Shown piece by piece: positions 51,278 to 63,122 of a stretch of 64,000 nucleotides of DNA. A model generated the notes under the pieces. It ran no database searches. It was given only the letters and a program-made list of their open reading frames with translations, and was not told the origin of the DNA. This DNA comes from Catajapyx aquilonaris (Eukaryota): NCBI GenBank assembly GCA_000934665.2, contig JYFJ02001669.1, positions 1 to 64,000 on the forward strand, given 5' to 3'. Within the stretch, counting starts at the first letter, position 1, and the number at the start of each line of letters is the position of its first letter. The position numbers and the translations under genes were made by a program.

Positions 51278-54200
51278 TTACACTAGAACATCCAGCTTGA
51301 TGTCCTTGGCGTACTCGACCTTCCTCTTGTACAAATGGGCCAGAAACAGCAGAGGGAGCAAGTGGGTCTCGCTCAGCATGTTCTTGCGCTCGTTCCTCAA
51401 CTGCCCTGGTTTGCTGAACAGTCTATCCGAAGGCATGCTTGTCGCCAGGATCACCAGATGCTCCTTCGCGGAAGCTTCCAAGTCCTTCGAGTACTTGTCC
51501 GAAACATAGTTGTTCCAGTACTTCATAGGGGAAATCTACTTCCCCCCCAATAAACATATCAATCATACAGTACATTCACCTGAAGCGTGTCTTACCTTAA
51601 AGTCATTCAAGGATGGGATGTTGTTGTATGCAGCTAATGAGGCCTCGTACCCTTCCCCTGACGAGGACGAAGGCGGCGGAGGCATGATTGCACCCAAATT
51701 ATTCTTTTTCTTAAACGCGGTAAATCTGTCTGCCATGGACCGCTTTGTGTTGGACTGCTCCGGCGCTGGCTCTCTATTAACCTGCGATAAACGAAATTAA
51801 CACCTCGTAACGAATATTAGCGAAAAACATTACCTCCTCCCACATTGCGTGCGTGTTGTGAGCCCTAAGATGCTGGTTGATGTACGCCAAGGTGCTGTGG
51901 ATGACATGTTCCTCAAAAAAATCAGACTTGAATCGCGGATCCAGAAAAGTCGCCGCTTGGAGCTTCTGATGTGTGAAGTAGACGGAGAAGCTCGGAAGAA
52001 ACAGGTTTTTCAGGCTCATTAAAAGGAGAAGCCCCGTCTGAGAATAAACACCTGTGACGCTTTCCAAATCGTCGCAAATCAACTGAAATAAAAAAGATGA
52101 TTGCGATATAAATTATTACGAGTGACGACTGGACTTACTTTTAGCTCAGGTATGATCATGCCACCGGTCGGATATGACTCCGCTGAGAGATGTTCAGTCA
52201 AGTCGAAGAATGGCCTCAAAAGTGACACGGTGTCCTCAAGTACCGGAAACAACTCCTCGGACAGCATCGCAGCCGGCCGCTTCCTCAGATCTTGCCGGGC
52301 CTGCAGGTTATCCACGGCGCTTGCAACAAACCGTTTCAAAGTGTTGAACCGCTCCAGCATTATAAACTTGCTGTTCAGCCGCTTATCGGACTCTCTCTTC
52401 AACTTGAGCGGAACCTTCGCCTCAAGCACTTCCGTACTGTCGCCGCAATTAGCTTGTCCTTGCAAATAGAGCAACTCTTCCATGGCCTCTTTGTTGTCCT
52501 TGAAATAAGCAACGATGCGTTTCACCTCACTGAGAAGATAGACCACTTCGTCTACCGCACTTATTGCGTCGTTCACATAAGTGTTGATGGTCTGCCCGAT
52601 GCATGGAATCCACTTTTGTGTTCCAAACGTCGCCTTTGCGGCGCAACTGACATTTTCGCAGTGACTTGTGGTGACCGTCACGACTTTATCGCAATCAAGT
52701 TTCCAGTCACTCATGACTGTTTGGATCTGCAGTGCGATTTGGTCAGCCATGTAAGTCTCATTGTACGGCAAAATTGCGATCGGCGCACTCCGCAGGTCTT
52801 CGCCATCCAGGTAGTGTATGGTCAAACTAAAGTGTGACTCATTGTGGCACTCGTCCTTCCACTGCTCCACTGTCAGCGAGTAGTTGCCGCAAGCTTGTAA
52901 GTCCGCCAGAAGCTTAACCTTTTCGTGCTGGAATCGCTTCCCGGCCAAACGAATCATAGTACTTCTCGACCGTGGCTTGTAATTAGGCGCCACGACTTTC
53001 AGCAGGTGACGGAGACCCAAGGATTCGATGATGCTTGACGGGAGGTGTTCAACGACGATGAATTCCAGTAGTGCATCGGTAATTACTTTCTGCTGCTCGG
53101 GACCTGGAGGAATATTTCTGGTGAAGTTTCAATGCATTTTAAACCTGCAAGATTCTTACCACAGGCCAGCCACGATGGTCTACCTCTGGGTCTAGGAGCT
53201 GATGCGATTCGCATGTCGACCGATGTAGTAAAGCCATCCTGCGTTCGAGGTTTCTCTGAAAATTGCACATGTTGTAATAAACTGTTGGAGCAACTCTGCA
53301 TTATTGTAACAAGTTGCTTCTTTTTCTTGTCACAATATTGTACTGTGTAATCTTTTTCATGTGAAAGCAAATGCGTACCTTGAAAAGGCACCTGTTCCCT
53401 CACTGCTGCGTACTGAACTGGGTGATACTTCTGCAGATGGTGGAACAACACTTTGGTGTTTCCATCGCGACAGAACAATTCTTTCAGGCACATCTGGCAC
53501 TTGGCAACATTTTTTCCCTCCAGCAGTCGTTGGAAATACTGCCAGGCGACGCTGCGAGTCCTCCTTACGGTCTGGAATATACGGTACGCTTGTCAAAAAT
53601 CAACATGATCTGCAAACCCACACTCTTCCTTTAAAAAAAAAAGTGGAATCATTTTAAGTGCAGTTTGGCTATTGTCAATAATTACTCTCTTTGCTGGTGA
53701 ACCCTCCTCGCTTGGCTGCATCGGCCTGCTTAGCAATCCCGAGTGAGATCCATCTGAAAAGAGAGCCCAACATGAGCACCACAAACGCAAATAATAAGTA
53801 CGCAATCGCAGGACGTACGTACCTGCGACCTTGGGCGTGTCCGCCCTGACCGAGGCGTACTCCCTGGGATGATCCCTCTCCAGGTGGTTCCACAGGACCT
53901 TCGTGTTCTGGTCCGTGCAGACAATGAGTGCCCCGCACAGGTGGCACTTCCCGCTCTGGCCCCCGTCAAACAGGCGCTGGAAGTACTGCCACACCGCACT
54001 CCGGGGCTTGTTGGGCCCCTGGGCAGGGGAGGGGAGGGGAAAAAAGAACACAGAGAAATATTACAACAGGAATAATTGGCTCACATAATCACAAGGAAGG
54101 TGACCTCAGGTGATGACCTTCAAGCGTTTCTCGCCTTGGATCAGCATATTCAAAAATTAATGGCATAGAAAAATGGTTGTTGTCGTAACTATTACTATTT

Positions 54201-55948
54201 AACAGCTACAATTTAATAGTTACAATGTAACAGCTACAATTTAATAGTTACAATGTAACAGCTACAATTAATAGCTACAATTTAACAGCTACAATTTAAT
54301 AGTTACCATGTAACAGCTACAATTTAATAGCTACAATGTAACGGCTACAATTTAATAGTCACCATGTAACAGCTACAATTTAATAGTTACCATGTAACAG
54401 CTACAATTTAATAGTTACAATGTAACAGCTACAATTTAATAGTTACAATGTAACAGCTACAATTTAATAGTTACCATGTAACAGCTACAATTTAATAGCT
54501 ACAATGTAACAGCTACAATTTAATAGCTACAATGTAACGGCTACAATTTAATAGTTACCATGTAACAGCTACAATTTAATAGTTACAATGTAACAGCTAC
54601 AATTTAATAGTTACCATGTAACAGCTACAATTTAATAGCTACAATGTAACGGCTACAATTTAATAGTTACCATGTGACAGCTACAATTTAATAGTTACAT
54701 TGTACTTGTAACAGTCTAGTGAACCAGCCATTATTTAATAGTTACATGGTACGTGTAACAGTGTGCTAGTGACAATTTAATACTGTAGGTACATACTTAC
54801 ATTGTTACAATTTAATCGTTACAGAGTGTAACAGCTACAATTTAATGGCTACAATTAAGTTACAATGTAATAGCTACCTCGTCTAGCTATAATTTAACAG
54901 ATGCAATTTATTGGTTATGGTGTAATTAGCTACAATTTAAAGAGTTGCAATGTAGTAATAGTTATGATGTAATGGCTGAAAATTGCTACGTTTTAATCAC
55001 TACAATTGCATTCATTAGTTGTAATTTAATGGCTGCATTTTAATAGTTGCAGTTTAAATAAGGTGCGTTTACATTCGAGTGATTTGATCGTGCGATGTCA
55101 TCGTTACCAAGCGGTGCATCATTGAGTAACTATAGTATTGTCTGAGCTGAAAGTAACAATCGATGATTTTCGCCTCAAACAATACTGGCTACTCAGTGAT
55201 GTTATCGCTCGGCGAAGACTTGGCTCATCAAATCGCTCACACGTAAACGCACTGTAACAGCTAAAGTTAAATAGCCTCATCATTGTTTATTACTCTTTTT
55301 TTTTTTAATGTAGTCCGAGTGTTGTGTCCCCCCAAGAGGGCTCTGCCCTATCACGGGGTAGTTAAATAAAAATAAATAAATAAAATAAATAAATAGCCTC
55401 ATATCAAATGTCGCAAGTCAAATTCACGTCGTAACCGGTAGTAACCAAAGTTAATTATTATTCGGAATCCCCCTCGTTAACCCTTTGTTTGGCCTGACCA
55501 TCCCGCACCAGAGGCTTCATTTTGTCGGTCATGCGAGGAGGACAGGTGTGGCCTGGACTCTGCTGGCTACCCCTGCGTATGGGGATTCGCATGCCGTGAA
55601 GTACACGATGATGAACTACGGTTACGACGATTAGACTTGTGACATCCACCGCCATATCGTGTGAACCTTTTTGAGCTTCTTTCCCACCGGCGTCCCTCCC
55701 TCCTCTTCTCCTTGGCTGCTGTTGTTGTCATGGTCGCCCTCCTTGGTCCAAGACTTGCTCCTCTTCCTCCTCTTGTTGCTGCTCTTATTGGCCCCCGTCT
55801 GCCTGGTTCCTCTCTTCTTATTGGGAGTGCCCTTATTGGGAGGAGACGACGACGACGACGCGGCCACCACGACGGCCTCTTCCTCCACCGCAAACACGAC
55901 CTCCTCGTCCAGAGGCCAACAACTCCCATGGCCATCATCAGAAGCCAT
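51278..55948 (-). CDS. Zinc finger BED domain protein derived from a hAT transposase (two BED fingers, RNase H-like core, hATC dimerization domain), likely domesticated
   Basis: Phase-compatible exons 55948-55667 (weak donor), 54018-53823, 53753-53686, 53571-53379, 53255-53160, 53103-52139, 52082-51834, 51781-51596, 51535-51278. BED1 RSAVWQYF..CHLC..LWNHLERDH, BED2 RSVAWQYF..CQMC..LFHHLQKYH, ATFLDPRFK, and ILATSMPSDRLFS. Confidence 0.87.
54190..54720. repeat. 28-bp minisatellite (TTTAATAGTTACAATGTAACAGCTACAA; 14-bp dimer)
   Basis: About 18 homogeneous units decaying to about 55050. Confidence 0.93.
55281..55389 (+). mobile_element. 5'-truncated non-LTR retroposon 3' end with TSD
   Basis: TAAATAGCCTCAT duplicated at 55268-55280 and 55390-55402. 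(TAAA)n tail. 3' motif CCCC.AAGAGG...CCTATCACGGGGTA shared with the SINE at 62 kb. Confidence 0.7.
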
Positions 55949-56184
55949 CTTTTTTAACACTAGTCGCAGCCAAGCCAAGCAGGTAGCGGCTACTTCGAAA
56001 CGCTACTCGCTAATCTGCTATCCTCCAAAAAAAAAACAGTGTTTATGTGGACCATTTCTTTGACAAAATGTCACTTCGCAACGTTCACTGGACATTGTTG
56101 TCCGATTTGACCAAAAAAAAACAATTACACAGCTGAAATATTCAGAGCAGATATTATATCATTTTATTGTGAGAAGCTGCAGTA

Positions 56185-56541
56185 ATGGAAGGCTGGTGGA
56201 ATACGGCTGGAAAAATTGATTCCAGGTCGTTGGAGTTGATACGTCGCTTCATCGAGCAGCGCGGAGCGGACTCCAGGCCAACGGACAACATAGCGAAGGC
56301 TCAGAAGCAGATAAGAGACATCGAGGGGATGATCAACCAGGCGGAGAAGGACTTGGGGCCACCGCTTCTGTCGCAACCTGTAAGTGCACGTGAACCGTAC
56401 GATCATGTCGATATAGTAATCACTTGGTGTTTATTTCAACAGCTATTTCAAGACATTTCCATGGAAACGACGGCAGGAAACAGGCGGAGACGACAGGACT
56501 GTCGGAGTTGGAGATCGCAGAGCAGCACGAACTGTCAATAG
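56185..56541 (+). CDS. Small hypothetical protein (possible two-exon orphan gene)
   Basis: Helical-looking peptide SLELIRRFIEQRGADSRPTDNIAKAQKQIRDIEGMINQAEK. Strong donor GTAAGT at 56381 and acceptor TTTCAACAG at about 56441. No recognised domain. Confidence 0.4.
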   Translation: MEGWWNTAGKIDSRSLELIRRFIEQRGADSRPTDNIAKAQKQIRDIEGMINQAEKDLGPPLLSQPVSAREPYDHVDIVITWCLFQQLFQDISMETTAGNRRRRQDCRSWRSQSSTNCQ

Positions 56542-56717
56542 TATTCTATATGAAATATCAGAACGAGTGTGCTCATGAATTATCAGTTCATTTGTCCGTT
56601 AAGTATTGCATCATAGGCCTAACATTACAACCGACATGCTGACATGTCGCAAACAAAGTCCGATCAATTTCTTGGGCGCGATACATTATCAACCCAGAAT
56701 CTTGTCTGGTTGTAACT

Positions 56718-57470
56718 TCACGTATGAAACCTCCGGTGACATGTCAGATCCCCGTAGATTACAAACGACTTTTGACATACATCGCACGTGTAAGGTTTCT
56801 CCCCAGTGTGGCATCGCAAGTGCGCAGTTAATGTACTTCGGGCACTGTACGACTTGTGGCAGTACTTGCACTGGAATCGCTTGGCGACCGAGTGTATCGT
56901 TGTATGCTGATACAACCCGCTGGCTTGCGAGAAGGTCTTCTTGCATACGGTGCACATGTACGGCTTATGTCCTGTATGTACTCGATGGTGCACGATCAGT
57001 TCGCTCTTTTGATAGAATGACTTCGGGCAGGTCTTGCAAGTGAACAGCCTTTTTTCGTTGGGATGGTCTGTTTCCAAGTGAGCCACCAACTTATATCGGT
57101 ACGGGAATGCTTGAGGACAGTAGTCACAGGGAAATGGTCCCTCCCCGGTGTACTTGTGGGACATGCCGGGTTCAGCGTACACGGCGGCATGGCTATGGTG
57201 CAACCGCATGTGCTGAAGCAAGTGCAAGTTGCTGCCAAACTCGGAGGGACACATGTTGCACTTGAAGTTGGTGTGCATTGTGCGCGATAGGTGGTAGCTC
57301 GTCTCTGCCGAATCGACCGCAATGGGATCTTCATCGACCGGCTCAAATTTGGGCATCACTGCGACCATCTCTTCATCCGCAGCTTCTGATTTGATTTCAG
57401 CTGCAATTGTTGGCGGATCCGGGCATGGCGCAGCTTCCTCCGCCTCTTGCTTCACCATCACCGAAGCCAT
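56718..57470 (-). CDS. C2H2 zinc finger protein (6 fingers)
   Basis: CxxC...HxxxH arrays with TGHKPY/TGEKPY linkers. ACCATGG start just after an acceptor. Non-coding first exon near 57680-57800. Confidence 0.93.
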   Translation of the reverse strand: MASVMVKQEAEEAAPCPDPPTIAAEIKSEAADEEMVAVMPKFEPVDEDPIAVDSAETSYHLSRTMHTNFKCNMCPSEFGSNLHLLQHMRLHHSHAAVYAEPGMSHKYTGEGPFPCDYCPQAFPYRYKLVAHLETDHPNEKRLFTCKTCPKSFYQKSELIVHHRVHTGHKPYMCTVCKKTFSQASGLYQHTTIHSVAKRFQCKYCHKSYSARSTLTAHLRCHTGEKPYTCDVCQKSFVIYGDLTCHRRFHT

Positions 57471-57689
57471 GGTCCTGCAACAGGTGTGTAAATTACGCTA
57501 ATGCAATTCCTCATACTTTTACGAAACAACAACGGGCTATTTTCTCTACACATATGCATAATTAATTAATCACGATAATGATGCCCTATTATGATAATAA
57601 CATGGACTGCTACTTCATGTCGTCTTCCCTAATGTACTGCCTCCTTTTAAGCTCTCACACTATGCGTAACAATCTCACCGTCGTTTCCA

Positions 57690-58060
57690 GCCTGTATGAC
57701 ACCCTGCTGGAGCTCTAATTAGGGCCATTAATTAATTAATTATTGCTATATAATTTCCTGGATCGATCAAGGTCAGCCGCCATCTTGGGTGCGTTCCGAC
57801 CGTCGCTATCGGTCTGCTCATATTCGGACATGACCGAAATGACGTCACTCCAAATCCGGATGCAGCCGAGTGCACACGCTTCAATTTTGTCTAATTAAAT
57901 AACCAGCAATTAATTTATACAATGTACCAAAAGTGCGAAAGTGTATGATTGCACTATTTATCTGGTTTAATTGGCCTGCGTCTGTTCGAATTGGCGGGGG
58001 AAATTTGGCAACAGTGTGCCGAATGAGATCCAAAGATGGCCGCCGACAATGGAACGTTAG
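57690..58060. promoter_or_regulatory. Bidirectional promoter (zinc finger / F-box 1); duplicated at about 62570-62960
   Basis: Opposed YY1-type motifs GCCGCCATCTTG (57776) and AAGATGGCCGCC (about 58033), TGACGTCA at about 57840, between divergent genes. Confidence 0.65.
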
Positions 58061-58270
58061 AATTTCGTTTGTAACTTTTTGATTGTTATTATTCTTTAGG
58101 GTCCCCGTTGATTGTTGGCCAGCCGCAGATCGGTTGAGGCTTGATTGTTGGGAGGACAGAAGGTCGATCCGGACCCCCACAGGGTGCAAGGGTGTTTGGA
58201 GAAGCCAAGGAGGAAGGTGTGAAGAACAAGGAAGGCAGCAACCGCAGCAACATATTGTCGAGTAGAAGCC

Positions 58271-59551
58271 ATGGTGAGTGCAGGGTGACATGAAGCCAAC
58301 TGGGGCTGCCCCAGACACGCAATACCTGTACTTGAAAAAATGATCATTACTCTCTTTACATAAGCAATATCTTGACAATTGCAGGATAGCGTCAAGACCT
58401 TTGCCAAACTGCCTGACGAGATGAAGGCGAAGGTGTTCTCCTACCTGGAGAAGGAATCCCTCTACAGGAGCATCGCACTGGTGTGCGAGGATTGGCGCAG
58501 GGTGGCTACGGAGTGGCTGGGTATTAGGGATAAGGCCATCTTTTACCGTCAGAAATTCACTCTGGAGGAATCGGTGCGGGTGGTCACCAGCAACAGGACC
58601 CATCTGAAGTCGGTCACTTTGTTGGACTGGACTGGAGAGGATTCAGATTCCCTGCTGAAAGTAGTAGCCGAGAATCTTCCTCATCTGAGGCGCCTCAGTA
58701 TTCGTGATTCCCTGGTGTCACAGAACGTGCTTGAACTGATCGCAAGAGAGTAAGTAACCCGCTAATTTTTGGTGAAAGTAGCTCCTGAAGTGTCATTATT
58801 TAATTTTTACGACAGGTGCAGCCAACTGCAGCGCATCCACCTAGGAGCCCTCCACTGGGGTGACTATTCTAGACATCCCCTGGACATTTTAAATTCCTGT
58901 CGGGAACTGGAGGAGATAGCCATATCTGGTGATGTGGTTCCCCCGCCATTGGACGTGGCAATAATAAACTGGCCGAAACTCACCAGCATGTCCCTTGCCA
59001 TGGAGAACGCCGAAAGGGAAGTGGAAGTGCTCGCCCGTACTCTTGGCGGCCAGCTGAGGAAGCTCTGCATCGATGGCTTCCGCAAGCCAGAATCCTACCT
59101 TCTACTTGGGTGCTTCCCTCAGCTGGAGGAGCTGGAGATCATATACTGTGCCGCCCTAACTGACACTGCCCTGCAAGACGGGGTTGGGCAACTGCGCAAC
59201 CTCCGTAGCTTGAACCTGGTATATGCCCAAGTCTGCACTGCACCAGGTTTGCAGGGGTTTTTCTCCAAGCCAAACATAGTCGGCAGGCTTGAGAAACTCA
59301 GATTTTCTAATTGCCCAACTGTGGATGACAATTGCATATCAGCCATTGCCATGAACTGCCCTCTTCTGACTGATTTCTGCTTGGTGAGAAACAACCATGT
59401 CACCAATGCCCCTTTCCGAGACCTGGTGAGGAGATGCCACAACCTCCAGCACCTGGAGCTGTTCATGTGCAGCAAGCTGGACCTGAGCACAGAGGCCCTG
59501 CGTCAGATCCCGGTGGCCGGCGGAACCCTCCGTATTACCATCATGAAATGA
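58271..59551 (+). CDS. F-box/LRR-repeat protein, copy 1
   Basis: Exons 58271-58273 (ATG only, then GTGAGT), 58385-58749, 58816-59551. F-box LPDEMKAKVFSYL...IALVCEDWRRVA, followed by cysteine-containing LRRs (LEELEIIYCAALTD, LEKLRFSNCPTVDD). Confidence 0.9.
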
Positions 59552-60655
59552 GTTTGTACGGTACAGTACAGTAATGGACATAATGGACTCCCGCAATCAC
59601 CCCGCATCACGGGGTAATTTTTTTAAAAAACAAAACAAAAACAGAACAGTATTTAAAAATCTTACACGATATAATTTTGTCAATGGAAATTGATCGCCAT
59701 TTTCGTGTTCTTTAGGTCAATCGTAGCTTGACCCTGATACACTTCCTCTCATGCACTGCACAGGCAGCGATTTCTGCATCTCCCTGATTTGTATTCCATG
59801 TTGCACATGAACCCAAAAAAAAAGTACAGCCTTTATAATGGATGTAATGTGTTTGAAGTGAAACTCATTATCTGCACGAATTTGAAATGTGTAAGGATGG
59901 TTGAGTTGTTACGAGATAATCTTAAGGTTAACCGTTGTCACTTATCTACTTTTTGAAACAATCACTTTTCATGGTCAGTATTAATTTCTCATGTTGTGCT
60001 TTCCCAACGTACTGTTTTGTCACTTTTTGTTAAACTTGTGCTTGCAATACTTTGCATGATTGCTGTGCCTTATTTAATTGACAATCACTGCCACACTGCG
60101 TGGTGTCTTAATCCACATGTTGAATGACCAGCGATAGTTTGTACACCGAATGGGCATTTGGCTGTATTGAAATTGTGCGCCTGGAATAGAAATTAAAGCA
60201 ATATGCTGTAATGATTGAAAATGATTAATGTGCGGCCAGTTTATTTTTTTATTTCACAGCCCCTTGGTAGGGCAGTGGCACAGTTCCCTTTTTGTGGGAC
60301 ACAAGACTCTAGTTTGTACATGAACAATCAAGTGGGCACTTCATCAAGGCAAATGAATTAACGATAGTGCAGTTCAAAATGGATCATATAACATGCCTGG
60401 CGTAAATGAGAATTTTTAAACTGATGGCGGATGTAACTAGTATCTGGGCATCCGGGGAATTTAGTACCTAATATTACGATTATCCCTAGACGCAGGAATA
60501 GACGGAAGAACATAGGTCAAATCAGTTTAATTAGCAAATGCAAGTTTATTAACAGTGCACGAAATTTACAATTATGTCTCTAAGTGTGTTGTTTAGGTAC
60601 AGTCTTACTCTGCGCTGTTTTAAGGATGGGCAGCTTCCATCTGAGTAAGTCCTGG

Positions 60656-60972
60656 CAGGGGCGGCTCCAGGGCCGGGCAATCCGGGCAACCGCCCAGGGC
60701 CCCGCGACTAGCGGGGCCCCGTGCCCGCCATAACCGACTCGCAAAAACCCTCTAGAACAGTGCAATTTTGCGTTCGTGACTCCAAATTTGGGGTCATGAG
60801 GAAGGGTTGTGACCTTGAACCGGAAAAAAATTTCGCCTGCGGCGGGCCATGTGAACAGCCCTCCCACACAACCTATACCCTTGCCCCCCCCGCCCGAGAA
60901 AAAATCCGGGAACCGCCACTGACGACCCCTCTCCAAAACATTAGGGCCCCGCAAAGTCTAGGGCCGCCACTG
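60656..60972. mobile_element. hAT-superfamily MITE with perfect 8-bp TSD
   Basis: CAGGGGCGGC...GCCGCCACTG termini. AGTCCTGG on both flanks (60648-60655, 60973-60980). Confidence 0.9.
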
Positions 60973-61972
60973 AGTCCTGGTCCGGGGTGAGTGTTCATCC
61001 TGCTGTTGTGGATGGTCAGGATGACCTCGGCTGGCCTCCTTCCTTCTGCCCCAGTCCAATCCTTTTCCTCAGGTTGTCCAGAACGTCCTTTTTGGCCATC
61101 ATCTTCCAGTTGCACGTCACTTTTTCTCACAATCCACACAATTTGGAGGGATCACAAAACACCACTCCACTCACGCCTACTACCACAGTTCGAGTTAGTT
61201 GCTTCACATTGATTTGAAAAGTTAGAGTCCGGATCGTCATGCTCAAAACTGCTGAAATCACCAAAAAGACCCCTTCTCGGAAGAGTCCACCACTCCTTCT
61301 CCCCCCATTCTGGTTGAGAACGGTATGTCCCGGAGGGGGAAGAAGGAAACGGTGTCGAATTTGAAGCGAGACTAATCTGCAGACGTTGAAAAGTAAAGTT
61401 GTCGGCTCTAGCGTGAAGCAACCATGCTCAAGGCTATTACTAACCCTGTTAAAATATACTACAATGAAACACACTCATATTCGTAGTCGTCACATGTACA
61501 AACTGACCACTTATTCCACAATTTCCATTATGCGTTTTCCCAAAAATAGCTGACACTACATACGTGTCGCAATGCCTCTCAACAATGCACAAGCTCTCAG
61601 TATTTATAAAATGTGCAGAGCGCGAAAAGCAAAGTCTCTTATTTCTTCCTTTGCTGAATGGCTGCTGACTGGTTGCAGTTCAAAAAAAAACTCCACGTGA
61701 GCCTTCCTTCCCAATATTACCAGCTCACTCAGGAAGAAAAATATATATAATATATTTCCGCTCTTTTAAGCAAAAGCAAAAGTTCCAACCCAAATGTCAC
61801 ACCCTGACACTAGTTTGTTGTGAAGCAAAGCTCATTGCCGTTTATGGGTCTGAAATGTGTAAGAGCGGTTTGAGTTTTTACCAGATTGTTGAATGCAAAG
61901 AATGCGATGACATATAATATTGCCAATCATAAATACTGTATTAATTTTGTGTTGTTTTTATTACATTGGAGG

Positions 61973-62233
61973 TAGGCCGACACGGCGGCGGAGTGGTTAG
62001 CGCCGCAGCCTTCCACCTCCAAGGTCCCGAGTTTAATCCCCGGGTCGGACGGAGGATACTTATGTGGATAGAGTTTCGATGGGTTCTCTCCGTGTTCGCG
62101 TGGGTTTTCTCGGGGTTCTCCCGTTTCCTCCCACTATCAAAATCCATCACAGCATAGGCAAATGATTAAAGGCGGTCTATTAAAAGATGATCCCCTAAGA
62201 GGCCCAAGGGGGCCTATCACGGGGTATCAATTA
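61973..62233 (+). mobile_element. tRNA-derived SINE with V-domain-like core
   Basis: tRNA-like head (GGCGGAGTGGTTAGCG...GAGTTTAATCCC). Core TTCTCTCCGTGTTCGCGTGGGTTTTCTCGGGGTTCTCCCGTTTCCTCCCAC. 15-bp TSD TTATTACATTGGAGG at 61958-61972 and 62234-62248. Confidence 0.88.
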
Positions 62234-63122
62234 TTATTACATTGGAGGAATAAAATTCCCCTTGTACAGGAGAGGTAGAATTTAAAACTAAACAATATTA
62301 TTATTATATGATTCATTAAAATCCTCGACCGATATAATTTCATCGTGACAGTAAGTAGGCCTACTCTATATTTTGCAATAAAAACTATTTAATCAAACGT
62401 AATTATTCTAATTTTAAAATTCCATGGTAGTTTTTTTTTATAGATAATTTTAATGCTGTCGTTGGGTTTGTGTGAACCCTCAGGTCCATATTCCACTTCC
62501 GTAATGACTGAGACTGCTCCTTTGTAACTCACATCGTGCTTACTAATATTAACCTAGTGTCCCGACCGTCAGACGCCCTGTAGGAGCTCTAATTAGTGCC
62601 AGAAATTATTAAATTATCGCATAATAATTTCCTGGATAATAATCTCAAAGAGTCGGCCGCCATCTTGGGTGCGTTCCGACCGTCGCTTCTGCTCATATTC
62701 GGACGCAACCAGAGGACACGTCACTCTAAATCCGGACGCACCCCACATTTCTGTCTATTGTACTTCTAATTGTACTAATAAGCATTTGTTAATTTACGTA
62801 ACGTACCATATGCAATTAGTATCATGAAGCGTGTGCGATTGCACTGTTTGTCGGGTTTAACCGGCTCCTTTGGTTCGAATCGGGGGGAAAATATGCTAAG
62901 GAAATATGGCAACAGGTGGTTGATCAAATCCAAGATGGCCGCCGACAATGGAACGCTTCGAATATTGTTTCCCATTATTTTGTTGAGCTTCGGGTTGATT
63001 GTTGCGACGCGTTAGACGCCTTCCGATTGTTGGAGGGGGTTCCCGCAGGATTGGAGAGGGTCCAGAGCAGGATTGGGGAAGGAAGGAAGGAAGGACACTG
63101 GGAAGGCAGGGTGGTCGACACC

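Noticed and set aside
51278..53103. Active autonomous hAT transposon
   Set aside because: Catalytic motifs are substituted, there are many introns, and no TIRs or TSD were found.
61973..62050. tRNA gene
   Set aside because: It is the head of a SINE with a V-like core, tail and TSD, and has no proper cloverleaf.
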